From: Lama glama
Lineage: Eukaryota
Direction of reading: 5' to 3'
DNA: 64,000 nt
Assembly (NCBI GenBank): GCA_028534125.1
Contig: CM052816.1
Location: forward strand, 42,410,001-42,474,000
Part shown: piece by piece, positions 25,466 to 39,568 of the stretch
How positions within the stretch are numbered: the first letter of the stretch is position 1
How the letters are laid out: every line of letters begins with the position of its first letter
Translations under genes and position numbers: made by a program
The notes under the pieces: generated by a model
Told to the model about the DNA's origin: nothing
Seen by the model: only the letters and a program-made list of their open reading frames with translations
The model's database searches: none

Positions 25466-25964
25466 CTAACAAAACTGATTAGTACCTTCCAAAATTTGCA
25501 GCAGATTGAAAGCCATATATTAAGAGGTCAATGGGATTAGAAAGAAAATGTTGTCAAAAGCTCACTGATAATAGCAAATAGGTGATAGAGAAGAAAAATT
25601 GCCATAATTTTATGCAAAAATACACACACACAAAAACAAAAAACATTACAGCAGATGCCCTACACACCTCAGAGTGTCCTGAACCACATCACATCACAGT
25701 ATAATAATTGACATTTATAGTGATGGCTCTAGTCTTTGGGAAGTCTATAGCACACTACAGTATAATAATTTGCATTCATAATGATAGACCTAAGTCCCTA
25801 AGAACTCTATTTAAGGTAGAAAAGAATGTGATACTTTTTAGAAAGATAAGCAAGAAAAGTAATTCTTAAAAAGAGGCTGCATTTAAAGGGGATAAACTTT
25901 GGAGATTTTTAAATGTATAGTATCTTAGCCCTGAAGATTCTGGATAAAGATAATGAAAGTAAAA

Positions 25965-26150
25965 ACATCAGCCAACACTGATTGAGAATTTATCACTTGC
26001 CAGACACCGTGCTAAGTGCTTTAACTAGATAATTTCATTTAGTCCTCACACTAACCACAAGGTGGGAACTATTACTATTCCTATCTTACAGATGAGAAAA
26101 CTATCAGAGGTTAAGAGCTTACTCAAAGTCACTTTGTTAATAAGGATAGG
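25965..26150 (-). mobile_element. MIR SINE
   Basis: tgccagacaccgtgctaagtgcttt...cctatcttacagatgagaaaact. Confidence 0.85.
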
Positions 26151-26157
26151 TATATGA

Positions 26158-26430
26158 GATTTGCAGCAGCAAAGATGTCCCTAGAGATTGTCATAATAAG
26201 TGAAGTAAGTCAGACAGAGAAAGACAAATATCACATGATAGCACTTATATGTGGAATCTGAAAAACAAACAAACAAAAATGACACAAATGAACGTATTTA
26301 CAAAACGTAGAGACACAGAAATAGAAAACAAACTTATGGTTGCCAAAAAGGAAAGGAGCAGAGAGGAGGGATAAATTAGGAGTTCAAGATTTGCAGATAC
26401 TAACTACTATATGCAGAATAGATAAACAAG
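26158..26430 (+). mobile_element. L1 3' fragment
   Basis: ctagagattgtcataataagtgaagtaagtcagacagagaaagacaaatatcacatg. Confidence 0.9.
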
Positions 26431-26434
26431 GCTT

Positions 26435-27090
26435 TGCTGGGTAACTATAAGATTGCTTACTAGGTCTGTGAGTCTGTTGCTGTTTTGTAGATGTGTTCAT
26501 AGTGTCCTTTTTTTTTTCCTTTTTTTTTTAGAATTGACATATGAGTCATACCATATGGTATTTTTCTTTCTCTTTCTGGCTTACTTCACTTAGAATGACA
26601 ATCACTAGGTCCAACCATGTTGCTGAACATGGCATTATTTTATTCTATTTATGGTTGAGTAGTATTCCATTGTATAAATACACCACAACTTATTTATCCA
26701 GTCATCTGTCAATGGACATTTAGGTTTCTTCTGTGTCTTGGCTATTGTATATAGTGCTGCTATGAACATTGGGGTGCATATATCTTTTCGAATTAGAGTT
26801 CTCTCTGGATGTATACCCAGAAATGGGATTGCTGGATCATTTGGCAAGTTTATTTTTAGTTTTTGAGGAATCTCCATACTGTTTTCCCTAACAGCTGCAC
26901 CAAACTACATTCCCACCAGCAATGTAGAAGGGTACCCTTTTCTCTACACCCTCTCCAGCATTTATCACTCATGGACTTTTGAATGATGGCCATTCTGACC
27001 AGTGTAAGGTGATACTTCACTGTAGTTTTTGATTTGCATTTATCTGATAATTCATCATATTTCTCTGATAATTAGTGATACTATTTTTCA
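26435..27090 (-). mobile_element. L1 ORF2-end/3' UTR fragment
   Basis: ORF track 26635-26877 DPAIPFLGIHP...CTPMFIAALYTIAK...YTMEYYS. Confidence 0.9.
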
Positions 27091-28024
27091 TTCATGCTAC
27101 CTATCCATGCAGGTTGGCGAAGCCTCTGCTATTTGTAGTATGATGGAGCATCTGCTGTCTTAAATAAAGTTGGCTGCTATGCAGGGAGAAGAGAAAGATG
27201 GTGACTTACACCCTGACTCCTCCCTACAAGTCATGTGGCCATGACCTATTTCAAAGAGAAGTAGAAACCTACCATGCCCAAAGGAGGAGACCAGAATATT
27301 AGTGAACAGAACTAATGACTGACAGGCACAAATACATAACTAGAAAGCATGGGAGCAGTATCCAAATTCTGACTAAAGAAATGAGTTTAGAGCAAGTACT
27401 AGAGAAGTCCCTTAAGTTTTGTGTACCTGCTGAGGAGAGTGATTAGGGAACACAGGAGTGGGCCATATCCTTTAGAGGGTTCCATTCTCTCCACAAAAGT
27501 TTTCTTTAACAGATCTTGTTTAAATGTGATTATGTTGGGGGAATTATAGTTTCAAGGCAACCTTGCCCTTTGTACAAGTCATGAGGTTAGCAGTTATATC
27601 TAATACCATTGGGAGCAATGCAGAATAATCATTTTTATTTACTTTCTGGGGAGGAAATGTTCCTTTTACATTGTCTAGTGATAACACAAATGGAACCTCT
27701 TTAAGAAAAGAAATTGATTTTAGTATTAATGAAGCATTCTATATTCCCGTATGCTTTGTATGCTTAACAGTAATTATCATTGACACCCCTGGCACATGTC
27801 TCTGCTTACTTAATCCAACCAAGTCTCTTTATCAAGCAATTTATGCTTGGAGGTAAACAAATGAGGTTTGATTTCTTTGTTCTTTTGCAGTCTGCATTGG
27901 ATCTTACTGGTTCAGATCACAAAATAGTTTTTCTGTATACTTCCATTGGTAGCCTATGTAGAGAAAAGCTAAACATGCTCAACGTTATACTTTAAAGATT
28001 TGCAAATGTATGTTGGATGTTTAC

Positions 28025-28075
28025 GTATCTTCTGCATAACTCCAATGTAGGAAAATATTCCTTACAAAATTCTTG
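28025..28075 (-). pseudogene. 51-nt exon (SKNFVRNIFLHWSYAEDT), phase 2->2
   Basis: gctaatctttcttttcttcag branch point plus acceptor; TAC|gtaaac donor. Confidence 0.6.
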
Positions 28076-28204
28076 CTGAAGAAAAGAAAGATTAGCAAGG
28101 GGATTAAGTACACAGATACCTACTTTTTCCACAGAGCAAAGTAAGGAATGCAACACAGTACAAGCAACAAAATTACCTGGAGCAAACTTAAATAAGTATC
28201 TCAC

Positions 28205-28226
28205 CTTTTATACTGCCTATAGGATT
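28205..28226 (-). pseudogene. Candidate 22-nt micro-exon (ESYRQYK), phase 1->2
   Basis: atcttgttttgaag acceptor, AAG|gtgaga donor; bridges the phases of its neighbours. Confidence 0.5.
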
Positions 28227-29407
28227 CTTCAAAACAAGATGTATGTGGTTTTGCTTTCTATATAAAATAAATATACCCAAATAAAGTTTAATACAAATTT
28301 CTGTAAACTTAGGAAAGTGAGACACATTCCACATTTTGTGGCTCAGCTCACATCATCTATGATCCAACTAAACAACTAAAATTAATGTCTTAATCTCTAA
28401 TCAGAGTCAGGATTTTAAGCTCTAGTTTGTTTGTTTTTTTTTTTAGTCTTAATTCTATTATTATGATTGAAGTAAATGCTAAGAGGGTATCTACTGGAAA
28501 TGGGCCAGCTAAGTTATAAGAAAGTCTGAGGGGAACCTCTTATTCTCTTGGCAAAGGATTTACTTCAAGCCTAATTGACAGGAGATGAGAAAATATTAAA
28601 GAAAGATCTTACTTAAGAAATAAAGTATAAGTAGAAAAGAAGAAAAATAGAAAAGTGTTGTCTTTTAGGACCCATCACTTAATCAACTCTCAGGATCTGC
28701 TCTTTGATAACATTTTGACCTTGGAATTAGGACTCATCTATAGTAACAATCATGTTCTTCCTATTCCAACGGTGTTCATTAGAGAACTGAAAACTTTTGA
28801 ATTTTGCTTATCAATTTTTGTGAGAAGTCCAGCCCTGGAAGAACTGGAGCACAGGTTAAAACAGCTCAATCGAATCACCACCCAAAGCTCAGAGAATATC
28901 ACCTCTTTCTCCCATTAAAGTTTTCTGTTACCTAGGGCAAACCCTAATAATTGATAAGACAGGGCACAGCTATATTCACTAAAGTTCTAAACTCCTTAAA
29001 GCTTGTAAGGTAATAATTAAAACAGAAAACTAAAGAAAAGCTAGAATAGGAACAATAACAACAGCCCCTAAATTTGAGAGTACAAAACTAAGAAGGCAAA
29101 CGACATGGCTGTGTACAGGCGTGACAGAAACCATTTTGACAACAGAGCTGTGCGTCTTGTGTGCATGAAATGCATATAGGAAAAAGAAGATAAGCAAAAC
29201 CTTTATTCTACCTTCAAAATGAGTATCAAGCTAGAAGGTGCAAATTTAAAAGCTAACAGTATGAGGTAGGGTATGACAAGTGTAATGTATGATTCAGATG
29301 CACAGCAGCACAAGCTCTGGACATGGGTTCAAATTCCTAATTCACTGTATACAAAGAATGAGCATAACATTCTGGTTAGTGCTTGAGCTTTGGATTTAGA
29401 CAAACAA

Positions 29408-29795
29408 ATCAGTCACAGTTCAACCAGAGAAAAAGAACCAGTAGGAAGTTTATATGAAGAGGTTTATTGCAAAGAACTGGGGGCTGGCTAGGGAAGTCTG
29501 AAATCCATCAGGCAAGCCATCAGGAAGGGCAGGTTGGAACCCTTAGGCAACTGAAGCTGCAGTCTGCAGGCAGAATTTCTTCTTCAGGAAAGCTTCAGCT
29601 CTGCTCTTAAGACCTTTCCATTGTTTGAGTCAGATCCACACAGATTATCTAGGCTCATTCTTACCCAAAGTCGCATGATTATGAACTTTAATCACATCAA
29701 CAAAATGCCTTCATAGCAATGCCTAGACTAGTGTTTGAATGAATATCACTGTGGGGATTGTAGCCTAGCTAAATTGAAACACTAAACAGACCATG
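29408..29795 (-). mobile_element. MLT2-type ERVL LTR
   Basis: gttcaaccagagaaaaagaaccagtagga...gactagtgtttga...tgtagcctagctaaattga. Confidence 0.8.
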
Positions 29796-29799
29796 ATAA

Positions 29800-30120
29800 T
29801 AAAGCTGGATTCCCAGCTAGAGGGTTTCGAGAAAGTTTCTAAATTTCTTTAAAACCTTATTACCTGTAAAATGAGAAGAGTAAGAGTAACTATTGATAGA
29901 ATTGTTGTGAAGATTAAATAGGTCCTTATAAAGTGGGCCTAGCAATGCGCTTGGCATAGAGTAAATAAATATTCTGTAAATATTACCCGTCACCATAATC
30001 ATCCTCACTACCTGAGCAAATCAACTCCTATCTCTGAACTTCAATTTTCTCATCTGTAAAATCAGAATATGAATGCCTTACAATTCACATAAGTGATGTG
30101 AATATTAAATGAATATATAT
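29800..30120 (+). mobile_element. Two MIR fragments
   Basis: ctgtaaaatgagaaga...gttgtgaagattaaata; cttcaattttctcatctgtaaaat. Confidence 0.7.
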
Positions 30121-30489
30121 TGGAAGTGATTTGTTTTCAACTGTGCCAAAGTTAAGTTAGCTATCTAGGAAACTATAGAAACTCACCTATACATTTTCCA
30201 AAACACATTTTAGAAAACATATTTTCTAAAACTTCAACCAACAATTACAATCACAGAATTTTAAAAGTGAGTCCAGTTCATAGCAGTTTCTAATATATCT
30301 CAACATATCTTCAGTTTTATAAGTGGAAATCCCCCCAGAGTCCTATAGATATTGTAAAACAGCATCCAAACACACACACACACACGCGCGCAAACACAAG
30401 CACACGCACATGACTTATGGATTACTTTTTCAAAGCTATTGCCGAAACAGGGTATGTGAGAAAAAATATTTAGGGTATTATAGTAATAC

Positions 30490-30720
30490 TGGTTATTTAT
30501 ACCTTTATTTAGCTTAGTCTAGAGTAAGTCTACATAAGTTAGAAACCTAGCTCTACTGCTTTCTATCTGAGTGAACCCAAGCAAGTCACTCAGCTTTCTT
30601 ACACAGAAATCTCCTTATCTTTAAGATGAGAGTAGTAACATTACCTCCTTCATAGGATATTGTGAGGATTTAAAAGGCTGATACCTGTAAAGTGCTGAGA
30701 ACTTTCTGGTGTATAGGTGT
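30490..30720 (+). mobile_element. MIR SINE
   Basis: gcaagtcactcagc...cttcataggatattgtgaggattta. Confidence 0.7.
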
Positions 30721-31017
30721 CAGCTCTCTGAAAAGATCAATTCATGGCCTCCTAAAAGCTCAGAGGGATGCCTTCCTGGGTGAAATATTATACTCTTTCT
30801 TCAAGTTAAAGAAATAGGCTGTAGAAATTCACAATATCTCTTCCAAATTGAAATTCATTTGCTCTATAAAGGACAATTGGCAGTAACTATCAAAATTCCA
30901 TATGCATACATCTTCTTTTTCCTGAGAATTTATCATACAGGTACACTTGCATTGCAGTAAAAGAAAACAAACCAGTGGCTGTCAAAAGAGGACTGCATTC
31001 TCTTTTATTATGGTATA

Positions 31018-33406
31018 CAGTTATACCTTTTTAAATTGTGGTTCACAGGTAATGCAGTTTTTACAAATTGTAAGCCTGTGGCAACCCTGCTTAGAGCAAG
31101 TCTATCAGCATCATTTTTCCAACAGTCTTTGCTCACTTCATATCTCAGTGTCAACATTTTGATAATTCTTGAAGTATTTCAAACTTTTTCATTACTATTT
31201 TATGAGTTATGGTGATCAGTGACCAGTGACCTTTGATATTACTACTGTAATTGTTTTGGGGTGCCACAAATCACACCCATGCAAGACAGTAAACTTAATA
31301 GAGAAATGTGTGTGTTCTGACTGCTCCACTGATAAGCCGATCCCCCATCTTTCTCCCTCTCCTCTGGCCTCCCTATCCCCTGAGACACAATAATATTGAA
31401 ATTAGGCCAATTAATAACCCTGCAATGGACTCTTAAGTGTTCAAGTGAAAGGAAGAGTTGCACATTAAATCAAAGCTATAGATGACAGGTCAAAAGCTGA
31501 GATAAGCTGAAAGCTAGGCCTCCTGTGCCAAACAGCCAAGCTGTGAAAGCAAAGGGAAATTTCTTGAAGGAAATGACAAGTGCTACTCCAGTACATACAC
31601 AAACGATAAGAGAACCAAACAGCCTTACTGCCGATATGGAGACAGTTTTAGTGGTCTGGATACAAGATCAAACCAACCACAACAGTCTCTTAGGCAAACC
31701 TTTATCCAGAGCAAGCTCCTAACTCGCAACTCTGTGAAAGCCAAGAGAGGTGAGGAAGCTGCTGGAGAAAAATTTCAAGCTAGCAGAGGTTGGTTCATGA
31801 GGTTTTAAAAAAGAAGCCATCTCCATAACATCAAAGTGCAAGGAGAAGCAGCAAGTGGTGATATAGAAGCTGCAGCAAATTGTCCAGAAAATCTAGTTAG
31901 GATCACTAGCTACACTAAACAATAGATTTTTCATGTGAACAGAATATCCTTCTATTGGAAGAAGATGCTATGCAGGACTTTGATAGCTAGAAAGAAGTCA
32001 ATGCCTGGCTTCAAAGCTTCAAAGGACAGGCTGACTGTCTTGTTAGGGCTAATTCAGCTGGTGACCTGAAGATAAAAATGGTGCTCACTGACCATTCCAA
32101 AAATCCTAAGGCTCTTAAGAATTATGCTAAATCTACTCTACCTGTGCTCTATAAAATGGGAACAGCAAAGCCTGGATGAAAGCACATGTGCTGACATGGT
32201 TTACTGTATATTTAATGCCCAGTGTTGAGACCTACTTCTCAGGAAAAAAAAAACAAAAACGATTCCTTTCAAAGTATTACTGCTCATTGATATCTGTCCA
32301 CCCCAGAGCTCTGATGGAGACAGATAAGGAGATTCATGTGGCTTTCAATATGTATTCTGCAGCCCAAGGATCAAGGAATAATTTTGACTTCCAAGTCTTA
32401 TTGCTTAAGAAATACATCTCATAAGGCTATAGCTGGCATAGATACTGGTTCCTCTGATGGATCTGGGCAAAGTAAATTGAAAACCTTCAGAAAGGATTCA
32501 CTATTCTAGATGCCATTAAGAACACTTGTAATTAATGGGAAAAGGTCAAAATATCAGCATTAATAGGAGTTTGGAGGAAGTTGATTCCAGGCCTCATGGA
32601 TGACTGCGAAGGGTTTAAAATGTCACTGGAGGAAGTAACTGCAGATGTGATGAAAACTAGTAAGAAAACTAAAATCAGAAATGGAGCCTAAAGATGTGAC
32701 AGAATTGCTGCAATCTCATTAACAAACAAACAAACAAACAAAAAACACTTTAATGAGGAGTTGCTATGGATGAGCAAAGAAAGTGGCTTCTTGAGATGGA
32801 TTCTACTCGTGGTAGAAGTAGATTCTATGGTAAAAGTATATCCTGGTAGAAAGATGCTGTGAAAATTGTTGAAATGACAACAAAGGATTTTGAATATGAC
32901 ATAAAACTTAGTTGATAAAGCAGAGGCAGGGTTTGAGAGGACTGACTCCAATTTTGAAAAAAATTCTACTCTAGGTAAAATGCTGTCACACAGGAATGCA
33001 TTCTACAGAGAAATTTCTTATGAAATGGAGAGTCAATTGATGTGGCAAACTTCATTGTTGTCTTATTTTAAGAAACTGCCACAGTGACTCCCACCTTCAG
33101 CAAACACCACCGTGAAAGTCAGCAGTCATCAATATCTAGGTAAGACCTTCCACCAGAAAAAGATTGTAAGTCGCTGAAGGCTCAGATGATGGTTAGTATT
33201 TTTTAGCAATAAAGTATTTTTAATTAAGGTATGCATGTTGTTTCTTAGACACGATACTATTGCACACTTAACAAACCGAGTATAGTGTAAGCATAACTTT
33301 TACATGCACTGAAAAACCAAAAAATTTGTGTGATTTGCTTTATTGCAATAGTTGCTTTATTATAGTTGTCTGAAACCAAACTTACCATATGTCTAAGGTA
33401 TGCCTG
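31018..33406 (+). mobile_element. Tigger1-family (TcMar/pogo) DNA transposon, near full length, decayed
   Basis: TA|cagttatacc ... aggtatgcctg|TA; internal gaagctgc..tttcaagctagcagaggttggttcatgagg; inserted into an older L1. Confidence 0.95.
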
Positions 33407-33610
33407 TACAATGCAGTTGTAAAAAGGAATAAGGAAGCTTTCTATATAATGATGTGTAAATATACCCAAGATATATTAAATGAAAAAAGCAAAGCATAAA
33501 ACAGTGTAAAANNNNNNNNNNNNNNNNNNNNNNNNNNNNNNNNNNNNNNNNNNNNNNNNNNNNNNNNNNNNNNNNNNNNNNNNNNNNNNNNNNNNNNNNN
33601 NNNNNNNNNN

Positions 33611-33805
33611 NAAAATTGTAGAATAGATAAACAAGATTACACTGTATAGCACAGGGAAATATACACAAAATGTTATGATAAATCACAGAGAAAAAAATGT
33701 GACAATGAGTGTGTATATGTCCATGAATGACTGAAAAATTGTGCTGAACACTGGAATTTGACACAACATTGTAAAATGATTATAAATCAATAAAAAATGT
33801 TAAAA
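33611..33805 (+). mobile_element. Young L1 3' end following an assembly gap
   Basis: Near-identical to the 3' UTR at 24530-24725; probable TSD aaaacagt(g/a)taaaa on both sides of gap plus element. Confidence 0.9.
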
Positions 33806-34084
33806 AAACAGTATAAAAGGTGAGGATAGGGGCCAAGATTATAAATTCATGTCTGTTTGTATTTACATAAACAAACTCCAGAAGGATACAAAAGAAACAG
33901 ATAAAATGTGCCTCGTGTGGTGGTAGGACATTGATGGGACCCAGGTAAATGTTTGCCCCAGGGCCTGGGGCAAACATTGCACTGTTCACCTTCCTATATT
34001 TTCACTTTTGAACCATATAAATATGTTTCATATACTAAAAGTATATTTTCATAGAAGTCAAGTAAATGGTCAATGGTGCCTGTT

Positions 34085-34490
34085 GTATGAGTTAGGAATC
34101 ACAAAAATGCTGTGTCATAGACCATGCCAAGACCTAATAATTATTTATTCTTGAAAATCTATAGGTATCTGGGACTCAGCTGATCCAGACTAGGCTCAAC
34201 TGAGAGGCTCTGGTTCAGGCTTCAGTGCCTGGGATAGCCTTGCTTCTTACTCATATCAGTAGGTCTGCCCCCCATGTCTCTCACCCTCCTTGAACCAGCA
34301 GAAATGGAAGCACCAGATGACTATCAAAATTATACAAGGCCCTTAAATCCTAGGTTGAAAAGTGACACAGCTCCTGCCTACATGCCATTAGCCATAGCAA
34401 GTCAAGCATTGAGGAAGTATACTCTGCCCACAATGAAGCCATGGCAAGAGTGTGGATGCAGGGAAGGGCAAATGATTCAACATATCACCC
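34085..34490 (-). mobile_element. MaLR LTR (MLT1-type)
   Basis: ctcagctgatcc...tctctcaccctccttgaaccagc...cacatgccattagccatagcaagtca. Confidence 0.65.
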
Positions 34491-36557
34491 TTGCTGGTAA
34501 CTGCAGGCATCCTGAACATTCTAGAACTAGAACTGTGAATCACAGGTCTAAGGAATAGCAAAGAGTGGCATAACTTTTCTGAAGCTTGAATTCTCTATGA
34601 AAGTCACATTATGTCTTGAAGATTGTCTCTTCACTGTCTATCTGGATCATAAATGAAATGGAATCAAATAGAAGGTAAACTTATGAACTCACAGGACTAG
34701 AAGGGACTTTGGAGCATATTTTATCCAATACCTTTTACAGATAAGGTAACTGAGGCCAGGATACATTAAGTAAAACTAGGATCCACAAGAAACTGTAAGA
34801 AAAGTTAAGCAAAAACAGGACGCACTGAAAGACAGCTATAAGCCCTAAAGCATAAGTATTTATTTGGAGCCAAGAGCAGTATGAAAAGCTCAGGAGGTAC
34901 AGCAAAGATGCATAATATAGGAGATTGATTAATTAAAGTTTCCTTAAAGTCCACATGATTGGGTGACTGAAAGAAATAAAGAGGACAAACTGCCATGACA
35001 TGAACTATAAACAGCACTGACAGTCATAAATCAGGACAGATTTCATGCATACGAAGGAATTCTGATTTAGAGATAGATCTCAAAATCCATGAATATAATG
35101 TATATTAAATTTTTATTATGAAAAATTGTATTAGTTTTTTAAATTTAAAGGAGTTGAAGGGTATACAAAAAAGTAAGTTTCTCTTCTTTAGCGGACATCC
35201 ACTCCACCCTCCCCCGACTCTACCAGAGCAAAACACAGTAGCTTATGTATTACTCCATAAATGTCTATGCATTATAGGTTTATAGACATAAATACATAGG
35301 GCATTTGCATCTTATCCTAAGGATATATTTCTAAAGACCAGGCATAATGCAATATTCATTTTCCTAGGACTGTCAAAAAATAACAAATAATTTTTTTAAT
35401 CAGCTACAGTGGCAACTGCATTGAAAACAATTTATAATTCACTAGGCCCACCAGCTTGAAAACCTATACAATTTTTACATAATTCATTTTAATTTGAGGA
35501 AGCTCACAATATTTCATTTATACTGAAATACAAAGGATATAGAATAGCCAACGATTTAGAAGAACAGAGTTGGCAGAGTTACACTGCCTGATTCTTGAGA
35601 CGTACAATACAGCTGTGGTAACCAAGACAGAATGGTGCAGTGCGTTATGGGCACAAGGATCGGTGAATAGATAAATGGAACAGGATGCAACATATTCGTG
35701 GCAGTTTCATCATGTTAATTATTGTGATTGACCTGACGGTTTATTTCCCAAAGGCCCCACCTCCAAATACTATCACATTGGGTGAGGGTAAGGCTTCAAC
35801 ATATAAATTTTGAGGAACACACATTCAGAGTATAACAGCCAACAAAAGAGCCGTAACCAAGTTCAAAATTCAAAGGGATGACCAAGAGAATGAAGTTTAT
35901 TTAGCCATATTCACACAATAGAAACAGAACCAAAGATGGTCAATCCAGTCTTGCACCCAGAAATAGCATTACTCTTAAGGAAGCTTAATCTACACATACA
36001 GTGAGAAAAATATTCTCTGTTCCACCTCTAAGATTTCCCACTTAGACCAGGAACAAGTATTAAAGTCAACAAATCAAGGGACAAGGCCTCAAAAGGTACT
36101 ATTGAACTAAACTATATACCAAGCAACAAAAGATTACAGTTAATGGAAGCAAACTGGCCAATTAATTGAAGAATATGACATCAAAACCACTTTTTACAAT
36201 CCACAAGAATATCTGATAATTATGTGATTGAGAGAAACTGGAAGTACAAGATATAAAATGGGTGATGCCAAAAAAGAGAAGAAAGTAACAGGCTATTATG
36301 CCAATTAGGGCTTTTAAAATGTTTTTAAAGCTTAGATATTTAGCTATCACAGGACTGTCATTTTCACCTACTGGACCTACAGAGAGAAAACAAGGTATGA
36401 GAGGAGTTTCCTGCAATGTCTAGTTCTCAAAATATAAAAAGGGATTTTAAAAGTATAGAAAGTAATAAGGGAATAAGTAAACCTGCCTTAACATTTGCTA
36501 GAGAGCCCAATCCAAGCACTGTATGTTCACCATGTTTTGCTTCAAAGTCAATCTCAC

Positions 36558-36593
36558 CGTCCTGGAGTTTATGTTTCAAGTTTAGTGACTGCT
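36558..36593 (-). pseudogene. Candidate exon (EQSLNLKHKLQD), phase 1->1; alternative in-phase end at 36483
   Basis: ctactgtcatcag acceptor; donors ACG|gtgaga or CAG|gtttac. Confidence 0.5.
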
Positions 36594-38454
36594 CTGATGA
36601 CAGTAGCAATAAACACCACATAGCTTTGGTGCCCCAAGAAGTTATACTCCTGCTCCTGACATCAGAAGGCTTGACTTCTAAGCCCTAGTCTACCACTAGA
36701 TCAGCAGATAAATCATTTAATTCCTATGAAACTGGTCTACCATTTAGCCAGATGGAGAGGAACAGGGGAACAAAATGCTCAACAATATGTGATAGTGCCA
36801 CATTTTGAAGATGTGGCCTAGCCACATATGCTCACTGACTACACACTATGCCATTCTATTACCTGTTTTACATGGCCTGGTCGTTCAGTGTTTTCACTTT
36901 AATCCTAGGTGCTGAATTTTATGAAGACTTGCTTTATGAGGGTCTCTTTTCATTCATTGTGTAGGCACTCAGTGGGCCTTTTCAAACTGAAGACTCATGT
37001 TGTAGCATCTTATTCTGTTTTCTAACTTCTAAAATGGTGTTGAAATCTCTCACCTATTAATGACTCTATTTGCACATTTTATCAGAAGTCCTTTGAGGTA
37101 ATATTTTAAATGTACAGTCAACTCAATTATTAACTCTAATGGCATGTATACTGACTTTGGAATATGGCCTAAAAATTTGTAATGTATAGCATTTCAAGGC
37201 AAATAATAAAACTACTTGAAGAAAAGCCTGAGTTGAAGTTTTCTCATCTGCTTCCACATGTAATTACCTACATAGGACTGATAAAAATAAATTATGAAAC
37301 ATTTATATAATAGAACATCATGTTATTATTATTGTTGTTGTTGTAAGCCATTTGAGAACAAGTTGGAGACATCATGCCCTTTTCCACTAAATATTTCAGT
37401 ATATATTTCCTAGGAACAAGTCACTCTATCACATAATGCTTCTAACTTTAAGACCAACAGATTGAAGGAAGAAGATATACTAACACTAAAATTAACCATA
37501 TGCATAGGAATTGTACATATAATGTATCTACACTGGAAATAGTCCAAAAAGATTTAGTGATAACAATAAAAGCAGGGCCTTTTTGTAATGATTTCACTTC
37601 TTCTTTCTTCCTACGATGGAGGCCCCATGCCAAGCTCTAGAGTCTGGCAGCATAGCATGACCAGCCAACATCCAACATGTTTTCTAAAGCCAACATCAAC
37701 TTACATTTTATTACTTGTTTTTGATATGCAAAGAATTCTAATGTGCTATATTTAAATGTTGGTTTGTTCTGTATGTATGCCACCCTTTCTTCTTACTCTA
37801 TTTTAAAAGCTGGAGCTGTCCTAATTTATGAGTATGAAAAAAAAAGATTACTGTATTTGGACTTGCTATTTAAAACGCCTGAATATAATTCTTTCCTTCG
37901 TATGTTTTTTGGAATTTTCCCCTATCAGAAAGTTTATCAGGGTCAAGATCTAAGAATTGAAAATGTCCTACACAAGGAAAATGGAGTTCACCTGAAGCTT
38001 GTAACTGTGGTCACTTAAAAACTATTTCCTAGTCTTTACCAAAAATTTGAGACAAATTCTAGTCCAAAAAAATTTTTTTTTAATTCTAGGTAAACAAACA
38101 CCATCAACACATTTAAATGATCAACAAGGATCTACTTTTTAAACGATCTCTCCCAACTGTACGCTTGTGAAATAAACATAGGCTGTGCAAGCAATCACAA
38201 TGAGAATATTTACAAAAACTTGATAAAATTCAAAAATTGATATAAAGAATTGACACCGAATGTTAATTCAGTGACCAGGTATTATATTACCATATGGAAG
38301 ATTAAGAGAGAATGAGTTTAAATAGATCTCTGGGATATTTGAGATGGTTTCAAAAATAAATAAAGCAATATTATTAATAGCAGCTTTGCATTTTTGTGGC
38401 AAATGAAAGCCAGTGTTCCTTTCACTTACAAGTGCTTAATTAACACCTTAACAA

Positions 38455-39012
38455 ATGTAGTGGACATCTGTTGTTTATGTCTGCCCGCCATCCACTAGGC
38501 ACTTGCTCCTCTTTCACCCCATGTGGATTTGGAAAATTTGTCAGGCAGAAGGCCTTACTCAGCTCTGGCTTCATGAGCTGGGACAGTTCCTGGGCTAGTC
38601 AATCTTTATATCTTCTTCTGCTGTTCACAGAGACTGGGGCAATGGGTGAGCATATGACTCAAGCAGGACCAATCAGAGTCCCCTGATGAGATCCAGTATA
38701 TGGACCTCAAAGAGGCTCTCTCTCACTGATCTTGACTTACCAAGACCGGATCAGTCTGGAGGTGCCGTCTTTAACTACCACACACATAGAATCTGAGAAC
38801 AATGCCAGTACCTGGAATAATGCTGAACTGAGTGACAGGGAGAAAGAGCCAGGAATTCTGCTGGGTCCCCGATACAGCTGTGCTTACATCAGCAGCAAAC
38901 CTGGACTTTTGGGTTAAAAGAGCCAATAAATTCTCTTTTTAAGAATTTGAGCTGAGCTTGCATTAATTGGAGCTGGATTTCTGTCACTTGTAACAAAGCA
39001 TCCTGACTACTA
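38455..39012 (+). mobile_element. MaLR LTR (MLT1J/K-like)
   Basis: tgtagtggacatctgttg...gagccaataaattctc...ttctgtcacttgtaacaaagcatcctgact. Confidence 0.8.
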
Positions 39013-39488
39013 GACCAAGGCAAGGCGTTTCCAAAACACAATGTATAATTAAGGCATATATAAGTATACTTGAACAATGGTTGCTCCTAAATGGTACAAA
39101 AGCCAAATAAAGATTACAAAGTTAAATGAATGTAATGTCAGCTTAATTTTCTTATAACTTTGCAAATACTTCCAACTATTCACATATAAGCAGCCCTAGA
39201 CTGTCAGTTGTCAAGAAGAGAGAAGAAAGTGTGTGGACGTAAAGAGGAGAGATTCAGAGGGATCTCTGAGGGAACTCAAGACAAAGGAGCACAGACACCC
39301 TTGGTCTGAAAAGCTTTCGAAAGTCATAGCTTCAGTGTCTGTACATTACATGAAAGAATATTAGGTTATTTAGGTTCAAGTCTGAAGGTGCTGTAGTTAT
39401 AAAAGGAAATTCAGAAAATGTATTAGAGAATGTGACTCAGAATCTGAAAGACAAGTCTTGGGAATGGGGTCATGAAGTTGATTTCTAC

Positions 39489-39568
39489 CAGATTCATATT
39501 CCTGCAATATATTAAAAACATACTTCTTAACCAGATGTTTCACCATATAGGTTTGCTCTTCGGGAAAA
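39489..39568 (-). pseudogene. 80-nt exon, RGS C-terminal helices (FPEEQTYMVKHLVKKYVFNILQEYES)
   Basis: cttatattttaag acceptor, CTG|gtagaa donor; 1 nt short of a phase 1->1 exon, so a deletion is inferred. Confidence 0.55.
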
